Assembly: GCF_004010195.1 (NCBI RefSeq)
Contig: NC_057718.1
Coordinates: forward strand, 82,338,458-82,402,457
Length of the DNA: 64,000 bases
DNA from: Chiloscyllium plagiosum
Lineage: Eukaryota
Direction of reading: 5' to 3'
Translations under genes and position numbers: made by a program
Notes under the pieces: generated by a model
Seen by the model: only the letters and a program-made list of their open reading frames with translations
Databases searched by the model: none
What the model was told of the DNA's origin: nothing
Part shown: piece by piece, positions 37,141-49,803 of the stretch
Position numbering within the stretch: the first letter of the stretch is position 1
How the letters are laid out: every line of letters starts with the position of its first letter

Positions 37141-38103
37141 ATAACTCAAGTAGCATGATGTCTTCTACACTCCATTAAAGTAGATGAAGAATGACCAGTA
37201 AACTAGGGTACTGGTGCAAAGGCCAGTGCCTCTGGGTATGGGAAAGGATAAAATTTCAAGTAAATGATAATCTCAGATGTTTAAGGGTTATAACAAACTA
37301 CTCAAAGCCCTCTTAAAGACATTTACCAGGCTACAATTATTGATGTTCATTTATTATGCACTGATTGAAAGGTGGTTGTTCAAAATATAATGACTGAGAA
37401 TTGAAGACAATCTCTAGCTCTCTTTAATTTCTCCCCCCTCACTCTCCTTCCTCTAGATACAAAGTTCAGCATTCCCCTACTCTTATTGGGTGGGATTTCC
37501 ATTCCTTAAAGATGGCAGGAAGGGCAAATAATTGGTTAGATTGGCTCTAAGACACTTGGCCACTTCTTGCAACTCAGCAATTAAATTCTGAGCAGCAAGC
37601 TTAATGGGTGACCTTTCCCTTCTGCCATCAGTTAAAGCAAGTGGCCCAATTAATGACCACTTATTGGCTGGAATACCCTTCCCAACTGGTATACGTGGCC
37701 TGCATGTCAATATGGGGCACCTCCACTTGTCCCAGTCTGCGAGGCAGTTGGGGTTATGGTTGATGGGGTAGGGGAGTGGCAGCTGAAAGCCAAGCTCCTG
37801 CCCTTGCTTCCACTCCTCTGACTTCCCAGGGGAAGTGATGACATATTGGTATTGTTCACTGGACAAGAATTCCAGAGAACACAGGTAATGTTCTAGAGAG
37901 CAGGGTTCAAATCCCAGCACTGTAGATGATGGAATTCGGATTAGTTTGAAATAAAACTGAAATTAAAAAGTCTAATGATTATGAAGGAACCAGTGTTGAT
38001 TTTTGGAAAAACATATCAGGCTCATAAAGTCCTTTAAGGAAGGAAATCTCTTGTGCTTACCTAGTCTAGCCTAAATATTGACTCTTAACTGCCCTCTGAA
38101 ATG

Positions 38104-38227
38104 GGCGAAAGTATATACTGCAAATGCTGGAGATTAGAGTCAAGATTAGAGTTGTGCTGGAAAAGCACAGAAGGTCAGGCAGCATCCGAGGAGCAGGAAA
38201 ATCGACATTTCGGGCAAAAGCTCTTCA
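38104..38227 (-). mobile_element. Solo PLE terminal repeat with a 9-bp TSD
   Basis: tctgaaatg at 38095-38103 and 38228-38236. The element ends inside the hammerhead core. Confidence 0.8.
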
Positions 38228-39380
38228 TCTGAAATGACCCAACAAACCACGAAGTCGTATCTAAGTCTCAAAATTCTAACAAGAAAATCTCGAAGGAATG
38301 AAACTGGATGAACCATCTGACATCAACTGATGACAAGGGAAAACACAGCCCTGTCAAGCCTGCAAAATACTCTTAGTAACATCTAGGCGCAAGTGCCAGG
38401 ATTGGGAAAACTGTCTCACAGGCTCATCAAGCAACAGCCTGACATAATCATAAAACTAACAACTCCGGATGCTGAAAATCTGAAACAAACAAAAACAGAA
38501 ATTGTTGGAAAAACCTGGTAGGTCTATTGGCAGCTGTGGAGAGATTCCACTAATATCCCCACACTCGATAATGGGGGAGCCCAAATCATCAGTGCAAAAG
38601 ATAAGGCTGATGTATTTGCGTCAATATTCAGCCATAAGGCCGTGGGTCTTAGCCTCCCTCAGAGATCCCAAGCATCACAGATGCCAGTCTTCAGCCAATT
38701 TGTTTCACTTCACAGATATCAAGAAATGGATGGAAGCACTGGATACTACAAAGACTACAGGCCCTGACAATATTCAAGCAGTAGTATCAAAGACTTGTGC
38801 TCCATAACTTGCTGTGCCCCTACCCAAGTTCTTCCAGTACAGTTCCAACAATGGCATCTACTGGACAATGTTGAAAGTTGCCCAGTACATAAAAAGCAGG
38901 ATAAATCCAACGCAGCCTGTTACCACCCCATCAGACTACTCTTGATTATCAGTAAAGTGATGGAAGATGTCATCAATAGTACTATTAAGCAGCACCTGCT
39001 TAGCAATAACCTGCTCAGTGATGCCCAGTCTGGGTTCTGCCAGGGCCACTCAGCTCCTGACCTCATTGCAGCCTTGGTTCAAACATGGACAAAAGAGCTG
39101 AATTCCAGAGGTGAAATGAGAGTAACAGCCCTTGATATCAAGGCATAAATTGACCAAGTAAGACACCAAACAGCCCTAACCAAACTGGAATCAGTGGGTA
39201 TAAGGGGGGAAAATCTTCACTGTTGGAGTTATACCTGGCATATAGGAAGATGATTGTGGTTGTTGGAGGTCAGTCATCTCAGCTCCAGGATATCACTGCA
39301 GGAGTCCCTTGGGGTATTGTCCTAGGCCCAACCATTTTCAGTTGCTTCAACAATACCTTCCCTCCATAAGACATAGGAGC

Positions 39381-39871
39381 CAGAGGACCTCCTTGTGGTT
39401 CTGCTCCTGGGCTTGGCCAAACTGGCCATAAACAGGTCCAGGCAGTGGGCTGTGGAAGGGGTTGTTATGGCTGATTATCTGCCCCTCTTCCATGGTTACG
39501 TTTGAGCCCGTGTATCCCTGGAGAAGGAGGACGCGGTGTCCACCAACTCCCTCGAACTGTTCAGGAAGAGGTGGACACTGCAGGGAGTGGAGTGCATTAT
39601 TTCCCCCTCCAACTCTATTTTGATTTAATCCCTGCCCTCCCCTTCACTGTTTGATCGCACAGCATTGCCCTTTGATGTGAAGGGCACTGCTTGTCACTGG
39701 CCACTCGGGTGTTTCCTTTCTTCCTGGTGATGGAATATAAATAAAGATTTATGCACCTGTTGTTCTTCACCTGCACACACGCAACATGGGTGCTGGGGAA
39801 ATATAAGTACTACCGCAGTTACGGGGTAGGGGGGGGAAAACAAGAAGAAAAAAAGAAAAAGAGAAAAAAAG
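39381..39871 (+). mobile_element. Tx1/L1-clade LINE 3' fragment with an A-rich tail and a 12-bp TSD
   Basis: LLLGLAKLAINRSR...ELFRKRW ORF2 C-terminus; aataaa; A-rich tail; agacataggagc at 39369-39380 and 39872-39883. Confidence 0.75.
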
Positions 39872-41160
39872 AGACATAGGAGCAGAATTAGGCCGATCAG
39901 CCCATCAGGTCTGCTCCACCATTCGATCATGGCTGATATATTTCTCAACTCCATGTTCCTCCCTTCTCCCTGCAACCCTTGTTCCCCTGACCAATCAAGA
40001 ACCTATCTATCTCTGTCTTAAATACACTCAATGACTTAGCCTCCACAGCCTTCTGCAGTAATAAGTTTGACAGATTAACCATCTTCTGGGTGTCAAAATT
40101 TCTCCCCATCTCAGTTCTAAATGGTGTCCCTTCACTCTGAGGTTGGGTCCTAGTCTCTTCTAATAATGCAAACATCTTCTCCACGTCCACTCTACCCAGG
40201 ACTCTCAGTATTCTGTAGATGTTAATCATAGACCTCTCATCTTGCTAAACTACATCGAGTACAGACCCAGAGTCCTCAACCACTCTTCGTATGACATGTC
40301 CTTCATCCCCAGGTCATTCTTGGCCCCCTCCAATGCCAACATATACTTCCTTAGATATAGTGCCCAAAACTGTTCATAATATTCCAAATGTGGTCTGACC
40401 ATAACCTTTTACAGCCTCTGCAATACATTTCTGCTTGTGTATTCTAGCCCTTTTGAAATGATAACTAACATTGCATCTTCCTTCCTACTGAACCTGAATG
40501 TTAACCTTAAGAGAATCATGAACTAGGACTCCCAAGTCCCTTTGTGCTTCAATCTCTGAAACCTTTCCCCATTTAGAAAGTAGTCCATACCTCTATTCTT
40601 CCTACCAAAGTCCATAATCTTGCACTTTTCCACATTGTATTTCCATCTGTCCCTTCTTTGCTCACTCTCCCAGTCTGTCCAGATCTTTCTGCAGCCTCCC
40701 CACTTCCTCAACACTATCTGTCCCTCCATCTATCCTTGAGTCATCTGCAGACTTAGCAACAACGCCCTCCGTTTCTTTATCCAGATGGTTAATGCATAAC
40801 TTGAATAATTGTGGTCCCAGCCAGGATCTCTGTGGAATTCCACTAGTCATCAGCTGCCATCAAAACAGATCCCTTGGTCCCAAACCTCTGCCTTCTTCCA
40901 GTCAGCCATCCTCCATCCATCCTTATCTTATTTAGCAGCCTCCTGTGCAGCATCTTGTCAAAGGCCTTCTAGAAAGCCAAATAGATCATGTTCACTGGGT
41001 CTCCTTTGTCTAATTTGTTTGTTACCTGCTCAAAGAATCCTAACAGATTTGTCAGGGATGACCTCTGCTTGACGAGGTCATGCTGACTCAACCCTACTTT
41101 TTCATTCACTTCCAAGTACTCTGCAATCTCATCCTCAATAATGGACCCTAAAATCTTACC

Positions 41161-41290
41161 TCATTTCTGAAGAAGGGCTTATTTCCGAAATGTCGATTCT
41201 CTTGCTCCTCGGATGCTGCCTGGCCTGCTGTGTTTTTCCAGCACCACATTTTTCAACTCTGGTCTCCAGCATCTGCAGTCCTCACTTTCT
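41161..41290 (+). mobile_element. Solo PLE terminal repeat with a 14-bp TSD and a hammerhead motif
   Basis: cctaaaatcttacc at 41147-41160 and 41291-41304. CTGAAGA at 41167-41173 through GAAATGTC at 41187-41194. Confidence 0.88.
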
Positions 41291-41819
41291 CCTAAAATCT
41301 TACCAATGACTGAGGTAAGAAGTCAGACTAACCGGCTTGTAGTTTCTTATCTTCTGCTTCCCTTCTTTCCTAAACAGGAGGGGGTTATATTAGACATTTT
41401 CCTCTGGAAACCCTCCCTGACTCCATTGATTCCTGAAATATCACCACCAATGCCTCTACAATGTCTTCAGCTATTTCCTTCAGAAATCTGGGGTATAGTC
41501 CACTCATTCCAGGTGATTTATCCATCTTCATATGTTTCAGCTTTCCCAGTACCTTCTCCTTAGTGATGGCCACTGACTTCCCTGAAGTTCTGATATGCTG
41601 CTGGTATCTGGCACTGTGAAATCCAATGCAAAATCCCTATTCAGTCCCTCTGCCACTTCTTTGTCCTCAATTTCTGTTTCTCCAGCTTCATTTTTGTGCA
41701 GTTCAATGTCCACACTTATCTTTTAGATATCTAAAAAAACCTCTTGCAGTCTTCTTTCTCTCATGTTTCATCTTTTCCCCAGTATTGTTCTTTTCAGTTA
41801 TCTTCTCCTGGTTTTAAAG

Positions 41820-44430
41820 ACTTGGACTACTTTTCCCAGGATCACCTCTGGGTCCTATGGCCTACCTGCAGCCAGCCAGCATACCAGTTCTCCCTCCTCA
41901 TCCATCCAACCCCACAATGCACCCTTTGCCTCCACCTCTCCTTCTTCTGCCCCCCCCCCCCGACCTTGAACTGTCTGAGGTCGAATGGTCTATCCTCAGT
42001 AAAGGGCTCACGTTAGTGCTCCTCCGTCCCCACCTTAATGAATTCTGGACCCACCAAGACTTGGAGCTCTTCTTCCGCTGCCTCTACCTCCGCATCCATG
42101 CCTACTCCTTTGACAAAAACTCCAAACCTCCCTCTGAGGATCTCTTCGCTCACCTCCAACTTTCCTCCTCCACTTGGTCACCACCCACCGCCAGCCTCAT
42201 ACCCACCCTAGACTTCTTCATTGCAGATTGCTGACGTGACATCAACCACCTCAATTTCTCCACACTCCTCCAACCTCACCCCCTCTGAACATGCAGCATT
42301 CCACTCTCTCCGCACCAACCTCCTGTTCACCATCAAACCCGCTGACAAAGGTGGGGCAGTGGTAGTCTGGAGAATGGACCTCTATGTTGCAGGAGCTAAA
42401 CGTCAACTCTCCGACACCATGTCCTACCTCCCCCTTGCCCACAACCACACCATGGCACATCAGGTCAAAATCACTCGCACTGTCCGTGACCTCACTGCCT
42501 CTGATGATCTCCCCACCACTATCTCCAAACTCATAGTCCCTAGCCCCACACTGTCCGGTTCTACCTGCTCCCTAGATCCACAAGCCCAACTTCCCCGGCC
42601 GACACATTGTCTCCATATGCTCCTGCTCCCTGAATTCATCCTGTTCAACCTCGACTCCGTCCTCTCCCCCTTGGTCCAGACACTTCCCACCTACATCCAC
42701 GATACCAACCATGCCCATTTCTTCAGCAACTTCCAGTTCCCTGGCACCCAGCGCTTTATCTTCACTATGGACGTGCAGTCCTTATACACGTCCATACCCC
42801 ACAAGGATGGCCTTCAGGCCCTCCGCTTCTTTCTCTCCAGCAGACCCACCTAGTCCCCCTCCACCAATACCCTCCTCCGCCTCACTGAACTCGTCCTCAC
42901 CCTTAATCATTTTTTCTTTAACTTCTCCTATTTCCTCCAAATCCAGGGGTGGCCATGGGCACCCGGATAGGTCCCAGCCATGCCTACTTCTTTATCGGCT
43001 TTGCCAAACAGTCCCTCTTCAGCACCTACACAGGCACTGTGCCCCATCACCATTCCATTGATGACTGCATCGGTGCAGCATCTTGCACCCAGGCTGAATT
43101 GGAGCAGTTCATCGACTTCACCTACAACTTCCATCCCACCCTCAAATTCACTTTGTCCATCTCGGACACCTCCCTCCCTTTCTTGACCTCTCCATTTCCG
43201 TCTCTGACGACAGTCTCCAGACGGACATTTACTACAAACCCACAGACTCTCACAACTACCTGGACTACATCTCATCCCATCCAGTATCCTGCAAGAACTC
43301 CATCCTGTTTTCCCAATTCCTCCGCCTCTGCTGCATCTGCTCAGATGAAGAGACATTCCACTCCCAAGCATTCCAGATGTCCACCTATTTCAAACAATGT
43401 TCCTCCCCCCCTCTGTCATCCAGACAGCCCTCCACCGCGCCACCTCCATTCCCGTTTCACTGCTCTAAATCATCCCCCCAATGCAATAAAGACAAATCCC
43501 CCCTTGTCCTCACTTACCAACCCACCAGTCTCTGCATCCAACATATCATCCTGAAACAGGTCTGCTAACTCCAACTAGACCCCACCNNNNNNNNNNNNNN
43601 NNNNNNNNNNNNNNNNNNNNNNNNNNNNNNNNNNNNNNNNNNNNNNNNNNNNNNNNNNNNNNNNNNNNNNNNNNNNNNNNNNNNNNNNNNNNNNNNNNNN
43701 NNNNNNNNNNNNNNNNNNNNTTGTGCCACTCTCCCCACCAAACCCCCAGAACTCCCAAGTACCTCCCCCACAACCAGAAAAGATAGAAAACCTGCTGGCA
43801 CACCAACCCCCACCCCACTCCCACCTCCATCCAGGGCCCCAAACAGTCCTTCCAGGTGAGACAGACATTCACCTGTCTCTTTTCCAGCCTAGTTTACTGC
43901 ATCAGGTGCTCCCAATGTGGTAAACTTAGGGAATGGTTCACCGAGCATCTCAGCTGGGCCCGCAGTTACCAGACCTCCCAGTTACCACTCCTTTCAATTC
44001 CCCCAATCACTCCCCTTCCGACATGACCATCCTTGGCTTCCTCCATTGCCACAATGAACCAAACCACAAATTGGAGGAACACCACCTCATCCTCTGCCTG
44101 GGCAGCCTACAGCCCAGAGGACTCAACATTGAGTTCTCCAATTTCAAATACTCCCACTTCCTTTCTCCTACTCACTTCCCAGCTCCTCCCCCTCCCTTCC
44201 ACTACTCCCAGCCACCAACTGGATTCATTCCTCCGATCGACCAACCAGGTCATACCCCCTGCCTGTCTTCACCTATCCCCAATTCACTACCCTGCCCCCA
44301 ACAATCCCTTTATCTGCAGCTCCCCTTCTACCCACCCCGAATTCTGAAGACAAGTTAGACTCAAAACATCGACTTCTCCACCTCCTGATGCTGCCTGGCT
44401 TGCTGTGTTCTCCCAGCCTCCTGCTTGTCT
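41820..44430 (+). mobile_element. Penelope-like element (RT + GIY-YIG), frameshifted; assembly gap at 43587-43720
   Basis: LSKGL, TIKPADKGGAVVV, FTMDVQSLYTSIPH, AMGTRIGPS, IDD and KLEEHHLILCLGSLQPRGLNIEF motifs. Terminal repeat with a degenerate ctgaaga near 44344. Confidence 0.92.
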
Positions 44431-44901
44431 ACCAGTTCTCTGACTTCCCATCATCTTCACCACATTGTATGCCTTTTCTTTTGCTTTTATGCTTTTCCTG
44501 ACTTCTCGTGTCATCCATGGTTTCATCATCTTGCCCCTTAGTATCTTTCATCTTCCTTGGGATGAATTTCTGCTGTGCCTCCTGCATTACCCCCAGACAA
44601 CCCTGTATTTGCTGCTCCCCCATCTTCCCTGCTGGGGCTCCCTTCCAATCAACTCTGGCCAGCTCCTCCCTCTTGTCTTTATAGTTGCCTTAACTCAATT
44701 GTAATACCATTACGATCTGATTCCAACTTCTCCCTCTCAAGCTGCAGAATGCATTCTATCATATTATGGTCACTGCTCCCTAGGGGTTCCTTCACATTAA
44801 GCTTTCTAATCAAGTCTGCCTCATTACCCATCACCAAATCCAGAATTACCTGTTCTCTCAGGGGCTTGACCACGAGCAGCTCCAATAAACTATCTCATAG
44901 A

Positions 44902-45162
44902 CATTCCATGAATTATTTTTCTTGGGATCTGCAACCAACCTGATTTTTTCCAGTCCTCCTGCATGTTGAAGTCCTCCATGATTATTGTAATAGCGCCTTT
45001 CTTACATGTCTTTTCTATCTCCTAATTTATTCATTCCATGAATTATTTTTCTTGGGATCTGCAACCAACCTGATTTTTTTCCAGTCCTCCTGCATGTTGA
45101 AGTCCTCCATGATTATTGTAATAATGCCTTTCTTACATGTCTTTTCTATCTCCTAATTTATT
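44902..45162. repeat. 130-bp tandem duplication inside CR1
   Basis: 44902-45031 versus 45032-45162, differing by two substitutions and a 1-nt indel. Confidence 0.9.
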
Positions 45163-46459
45163 TTCTTCCCCACATCCTGACTCCTGCTAAGAGGCCTGTA
45201 CATAACTCCCATCAGGGTCTTTTTTCTTTTGAAGCTGCTGAATTCTTCCCACAGATTCTATGCCTTCTGACTCTATATCACTTCTTGCTTTCGATGTAAT
45301 TTCAATTCTTACTAACATGGGAAATCCGCCTCCTCTCTCCATCTGCCTGTCCTTGCGATAGGATGTGTATCCTGGGATATTTAGTTCCCAGCCCAGATCC
45401 CCTTGCACACTGTAATACCCACAACATTGTACATGCCAATTTCAGTCTGCAGTACAAACTCATTTACCTTGTTTTGTCTCCTTCATGCATTTAAGTACAA
45501 CATGCTTAGACTGCACTCCCCCCCCTTCTCATAGTTGTCCCCTGATCTGCTGTGTCTGAAGTTCGATTCCTGACCCTTTCCGTACTCTCTGTCCTATCGC
45601 TGGTGCTGGAAATTTTAATAACCTCTGCTGAGCCGTCCCCCACTTTATCCATCACTTCCCATGCAACTGAAGCTTCTGCTCCCCACCCACTCTATTTAGC
45701 TTAAAGCCCTGTCCAGTCACATGATTTGCCAGGTGTCTGGTCCCAGCATGATCCAGGTGGAGCCTGTACAATGAGAACATCTCCCTCCTTTCCTCAGTAT
45801 TGCTACAAATGTCCCATGAATTCAAACCTATTTTTCCCACGCCCAATCATTGAGCCACATAGTTACCTCTATAATCTTGTTGGCATTGTGCCAATTTACT
45901 CCTTGCCCAGGTAGTAAGATTATTACTTAGAGATTGTTACCTTTTTGATAATGCTTGTTAATTTAGCCTCTCTTTCTACCTATACCGTTAGTACATACGT
46001 GGACACAACTGAATCTTTCCCCTCCTCCTTCAAGTTCCAGCCCAGATGAGATATCCTGAACCCAGGCACCAGGCAGGCAACATAGTCTTTGGGTCTCTCA
46101 ATTCTGGCCACAGAGAACAGTGCCTATTCCCCTAACTATACCATCCCTGATTACAACTACACTTCTCTTTTCTCCCAGCTCTTAAACAGCTCATGAAGTC
46201 AGAAGTGGATATGGTCACTGATAATTGTGCAATGTTCAATCACCATTTGTGATTCCTCAGAATCTAAGGTAGTCCATGTCTAAATGCAGCAAGATCTGAA
46301 CAACTTCCAGATTTGGGGTGACAAGTGGCAAGTATCATCCACACCACACACTGTCAGACAATGACCATGTCCAACAAGAGAATCCAACCATAGCTCCTTG
46401 ATACTGAATGGTATAACCATCACTAAATCCCCCAGTAATAGTATCCTGGGGGTTTCTAT

Positions 46460-48014
46460 TGTGATGATGCTGCTTCTTTAATAAAGTTAAGCTGTCATAG
46501 AGTCATAGAGATGTGCAGCACAGAAACAGAGCTTTCGGTCTAACTCATCCATGCCGACCAGATATCCCAACCCAATCTAGTCCCACCTGCCAGCACCTGG
46601 CCCATATCCCTCTAAACCCTTCCTATTCATATACCCATCAAATGCCTTTTAAATGCTGTAATTGCACCAGCCTCCACCACTTCCTCTGGCAGTTCATTCT
46701 ATACACGTACCACCCTCTGTGTAAAAAGGTTGCCCCTCTCACCCTGAACCTATGCTCTCCTGTTCTGGACTCCCCCTCCCCAGAGAAAAGACCTTGTTTA
46801 CTTATCCTATCCATGCCCCTCATGATTCTATAAACCTCTTTCAGGTCATCCCTCAGCCTTCAACGCTCCAGAAAAAACAGCCTCAGCCTATTCAGCCTCT
46901 CCCTAAAGTTCAAATCCTCCAACCCAGACAACATCCTTAGAAGTCTTTTCTGAACACTTTCAAGTTTCACAACATCCTTCCAATAGGAAGGAGACCAGAA
47001 TTGTATGCAATATTCCAACAGTGGCTTAATCAATGTCCTGTACAGCTGCAACATGACCTCTCAACTCCTGTACTCAGTACTCTGACCAATAAAGGAAAGC
47101 ATACCAAACGCCTTCTTCACTATCCTATTTACTTGTGACTCTACTTTCAAGGTGCTATGAACCTGCACTCCAGGGTCTCTTTGTTCAACAACATTCCCTA
47201 GGACCTTACCATTATGTGTATAAGTCCTGCTAAGATTTGCTTTCCCAAAATACAGCATCTCGCATTTATTTAAATTAAACTCCATCTGCCACTCCTCATC
47301 TGATCAAGATCCCGTTATAATCTGAGGTAACCCTCTTCACTGTCCACTACACCTCCAATTTTGATGTCATCTGCAAACTTACTAAATATACCTCTTATGC
47401 TCAGATCCAAACTATTCATATGAATGACAAAAAGTAGAGTTCTTAAGTTTTTCTCAAGAGGCATTGTAAACTGCAGAGGTTCTGACTTGTCTGGAATTTG
47501 GGGTCTTTGCTTTTGGTAACAGATACTACCCAAGGCAACAATCAGGGAAAAGGCCTTTAGGTTTTTTTCGAAACAGTTGTCCAATGATAGGGGAGTGACC
47601 GGTTCTCCCAGTTCAGGAATTTTTCTCGTTTGGTTTAGTTTTAGTTGGGGACCCGGAGAAACAGCTGCAGTGAAACGTTTCCATGCTTCAGCAAATGATC
47701 CTGGCTGATTCTGTCTCTGTCTGACATCTCCCCTGTAAGAACCTGTGATGGAATTTACCTTTTTGCCAAAGGGTGTGTTTATGAGATGTTGCAGGGAATC
47801 ACAACAGCTCTTTGTGAAATTGCAGGGGATATCATGGCGGTCAGGTTTTCAAATTATAGTTATTCTAAATTCTATTTTATTTGAAGCCAAGGAGTTTGAC
47901 CAGCTGCATCACTCTTGGGATATCCACTTACATCTGCCTGAAACAGCTAAAGCTGTGTAGGAGCTGGGCTACCTTCTTAAAATGTATTGTGGGGGTCTGG
48001 CCTCGTCCATAACA
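46460..48014. mobile_element. Probable solo LTR (~610 bp), interrupted by a CR1 at ~46495-47440
   Basis: Starts TGTGATG and ends CATAACA (6/7 inverted match, TG...CA). Flanked by ctat/ttat, and the host LINE resumes immediately after it. Confidence 0.6.
46495..47440 (-). mobile_element. Young CR1 3' fragment
   Basis: KFADDIK, MEFNLNKCE and LEYCIQFWSP motifs; ctctatgactctatgac tail. Confidence 0.9.
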
Positions 48015-48477
48015 TTATTGATCAGGAACTGAACTGGACTAACTATATAAATATAGTGGCTACAAGATCAGGATAATGTCTAGGAATCTTGCAGCAAGTA
48101 ACTCCCCTCCATAATCTCCAAAATGTGATGGCACAATGTGATGGAACATTCCTGATTTGCCCAAATGAGTGCAGCTTCAACAACACTCAAGAAAAATGAT
48201 ATCATCCAAGCCAAGCCAGACCACTCAATGGCATCACATCCACAAGCATCCACTCCTTCCACCACCAATTGTCAGTAGCAACAGTGTTTGCCATCTACAG
48301 GATGCAGCAATTCAAATTCACAAAGGCTCCTTGGATGGTACCTTCCAAACCAATGATCACTTACAGTCACAAGAACAAGGGCAGCAATTCCCCTCCAAGC
48401 CACTGACCATCCAATATATCTTGTAACTTCAATGTTGTTGGGTCAAAATCCTGGAACTCCCTCCCTAATAGCAGATA

Positions 48478-49490
48478 TACTAATGGAGTGCCTCAGGGTA
48501 TGGTGCGGGGCCCATTGCTGTTTGTCATCTACATCAATGATTTGGACGAGAATGTACAATGCAGATGACACTAAAATAGGAGATATCATGGACAGTGAGG
48601 AAGGTTATCAGAAATTGCAGCAGGACCTTGATCAGCTGGGGAAGTGGGTCAAGAAGTGGCAAATGAAGTTTAATATAGATAAGTGTGAGATGCTGCATTT
48701 TAGAATATCAATTCTAAGCAGGTGTTTCATGGTGAATAGTAGGACCTTAAGGAGTGTTGTGGAACAGAGGGACCTTGGAGTTCATGTGCACGGTTCTCTG
48801 AAAGTGGAGTCACAGATAGACAGGGAAGTGAAGAAGGCTTTTGGCACACTGGCCTTCATCAGTCAGGGCATTGAGTATAGAAGTTGGAAAGTTATGTTGC
48901 AGTCGTACAGGACATTGGTGAGGCCGCACTTGGAGTATTGTGTTCAGTTTTGGTTATCTTGCTATAGGAAAGATGTTATTAATTTGGAAAGAGTGCAGAA
49001 GAAATTTAGAAGGATGTTGCCAAGACTCAACAGTCTGAGTTATAGGGAGAGGTTGGACAAGTTAGGACTGTTTCTTTAAAGTGTGGGAGACCGAGCGGGG
49101 GGGTGGGGGTGGGGGATCTTATAGAAGTGTGGAACATCATGAGAGGCATGGATAGGGTGAATGCACTGTCTTTTTTCCCCCAGGATTGGGGAATTGAGGA
49201 CCAGAGGGAATCAGTTTAAGATTAGAGGGGAAAGGATAAAAGGGAAGCTGAGGGGCAACGTTTTTACACAGAGGATGGTACGCAAATGGAATGAGCTGCC
49301 AGCAGAAGTGGTTGAGGTGGGTACATTAACATCATCTAAGAGGCATTTGGACAAATACATGAATAGGAAAGGTTTAGAAGGATATGGGCCAAGTACAGTG
49401 AAATGGGGTTAACGTAGATGGATATTTTGGTCGGTATGGACCAGTTTGGGCGAAAGGGCATGTCTCAGTGCTCCATGACTCTATGAGTCT
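48478..49490 (+). mobile_element. CR1 3' fragment
   Basis: ADDTKIG, WQMKFNIDKCE, LEYCVQFW and WNELPAEVV motifs; gactctatgagtct tail. Confidence 0.9.
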
Positions 49491-49656
49491 ACTGAGTGAT
49501 TCACCACCATCTTCTAAGGACAACTAGAAATGGGCAAGAAATGCTGGCCAGCCAGTGACACCCACATCACAAGCAAATTTTAAAAACTGTCACCACAGCC
49601 TGTCAACCTTTAAAAATAAACACTGATCAACTTACCAGTGCAGATTTTCACAGGGA

Positions 49657-49803
49657 TGAGAAAGTGAGGACTGCAGATGCTGGAGATCAAAGTCGAGAGT
49701 GTGGTGCTAGAAAAGCACAGCAGGTCAGGCAGCGACGAGGAGCAGGAGAATTGATGTTTCGGGCGGGAGCCTTGACGTTTCAGGCAGGAACCCTTCATCA
49801 GGA
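49657..49803 (-). mobile_element. Solo PLE terminal repeat with a partly duplicated hammerhead
   Basis: Core at 49774-49801 (minus strand CTGATGA-A-gggt-tcct-gcct-GAAACGTC) plus an extra helix II/GAAAC copy at 49753-49771. Confidence 0.8.

Larger units (their letters stand above)
39366..46190 (-). mobile_element. Long CR1 LINE (esterase ORF1 remnant, APE endonuclease, RT), interrupted by insertions
   Basis: VRGIGTVLCG...CCLPGAWVQDI (~46050-46135), NIPGYTSYRKDR, LDLVMGNE...LGSSDHN and GIPQRSWLGPQLF...KSADDS motifs. Confidence 0.85.
37829..49586 (+). mobile_element. CR1-group LINE with a tRNA-like 5' head, split by nested insertions
   Basis: Collinear segments 37829-39365 (B box 37904-37914; LSHRLIKQQPDII; YHPIRLLLIISKVME...ALDIKA), ~46191-46459, ~48015-48477 and ~49491-49586 (tail). 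Confidence 0.75.

Noticed and set aside
42221..43554. PLE RT ORFs as an active or domesticated gene
   Set aside because: Multiple frameshifts and stops, a damaged YIDD motif and an assembly gap.
43587..43720. N runs (also 23534-23556)
   Set aside because: Assembly gaps. ORFs spanning them are artefacts.
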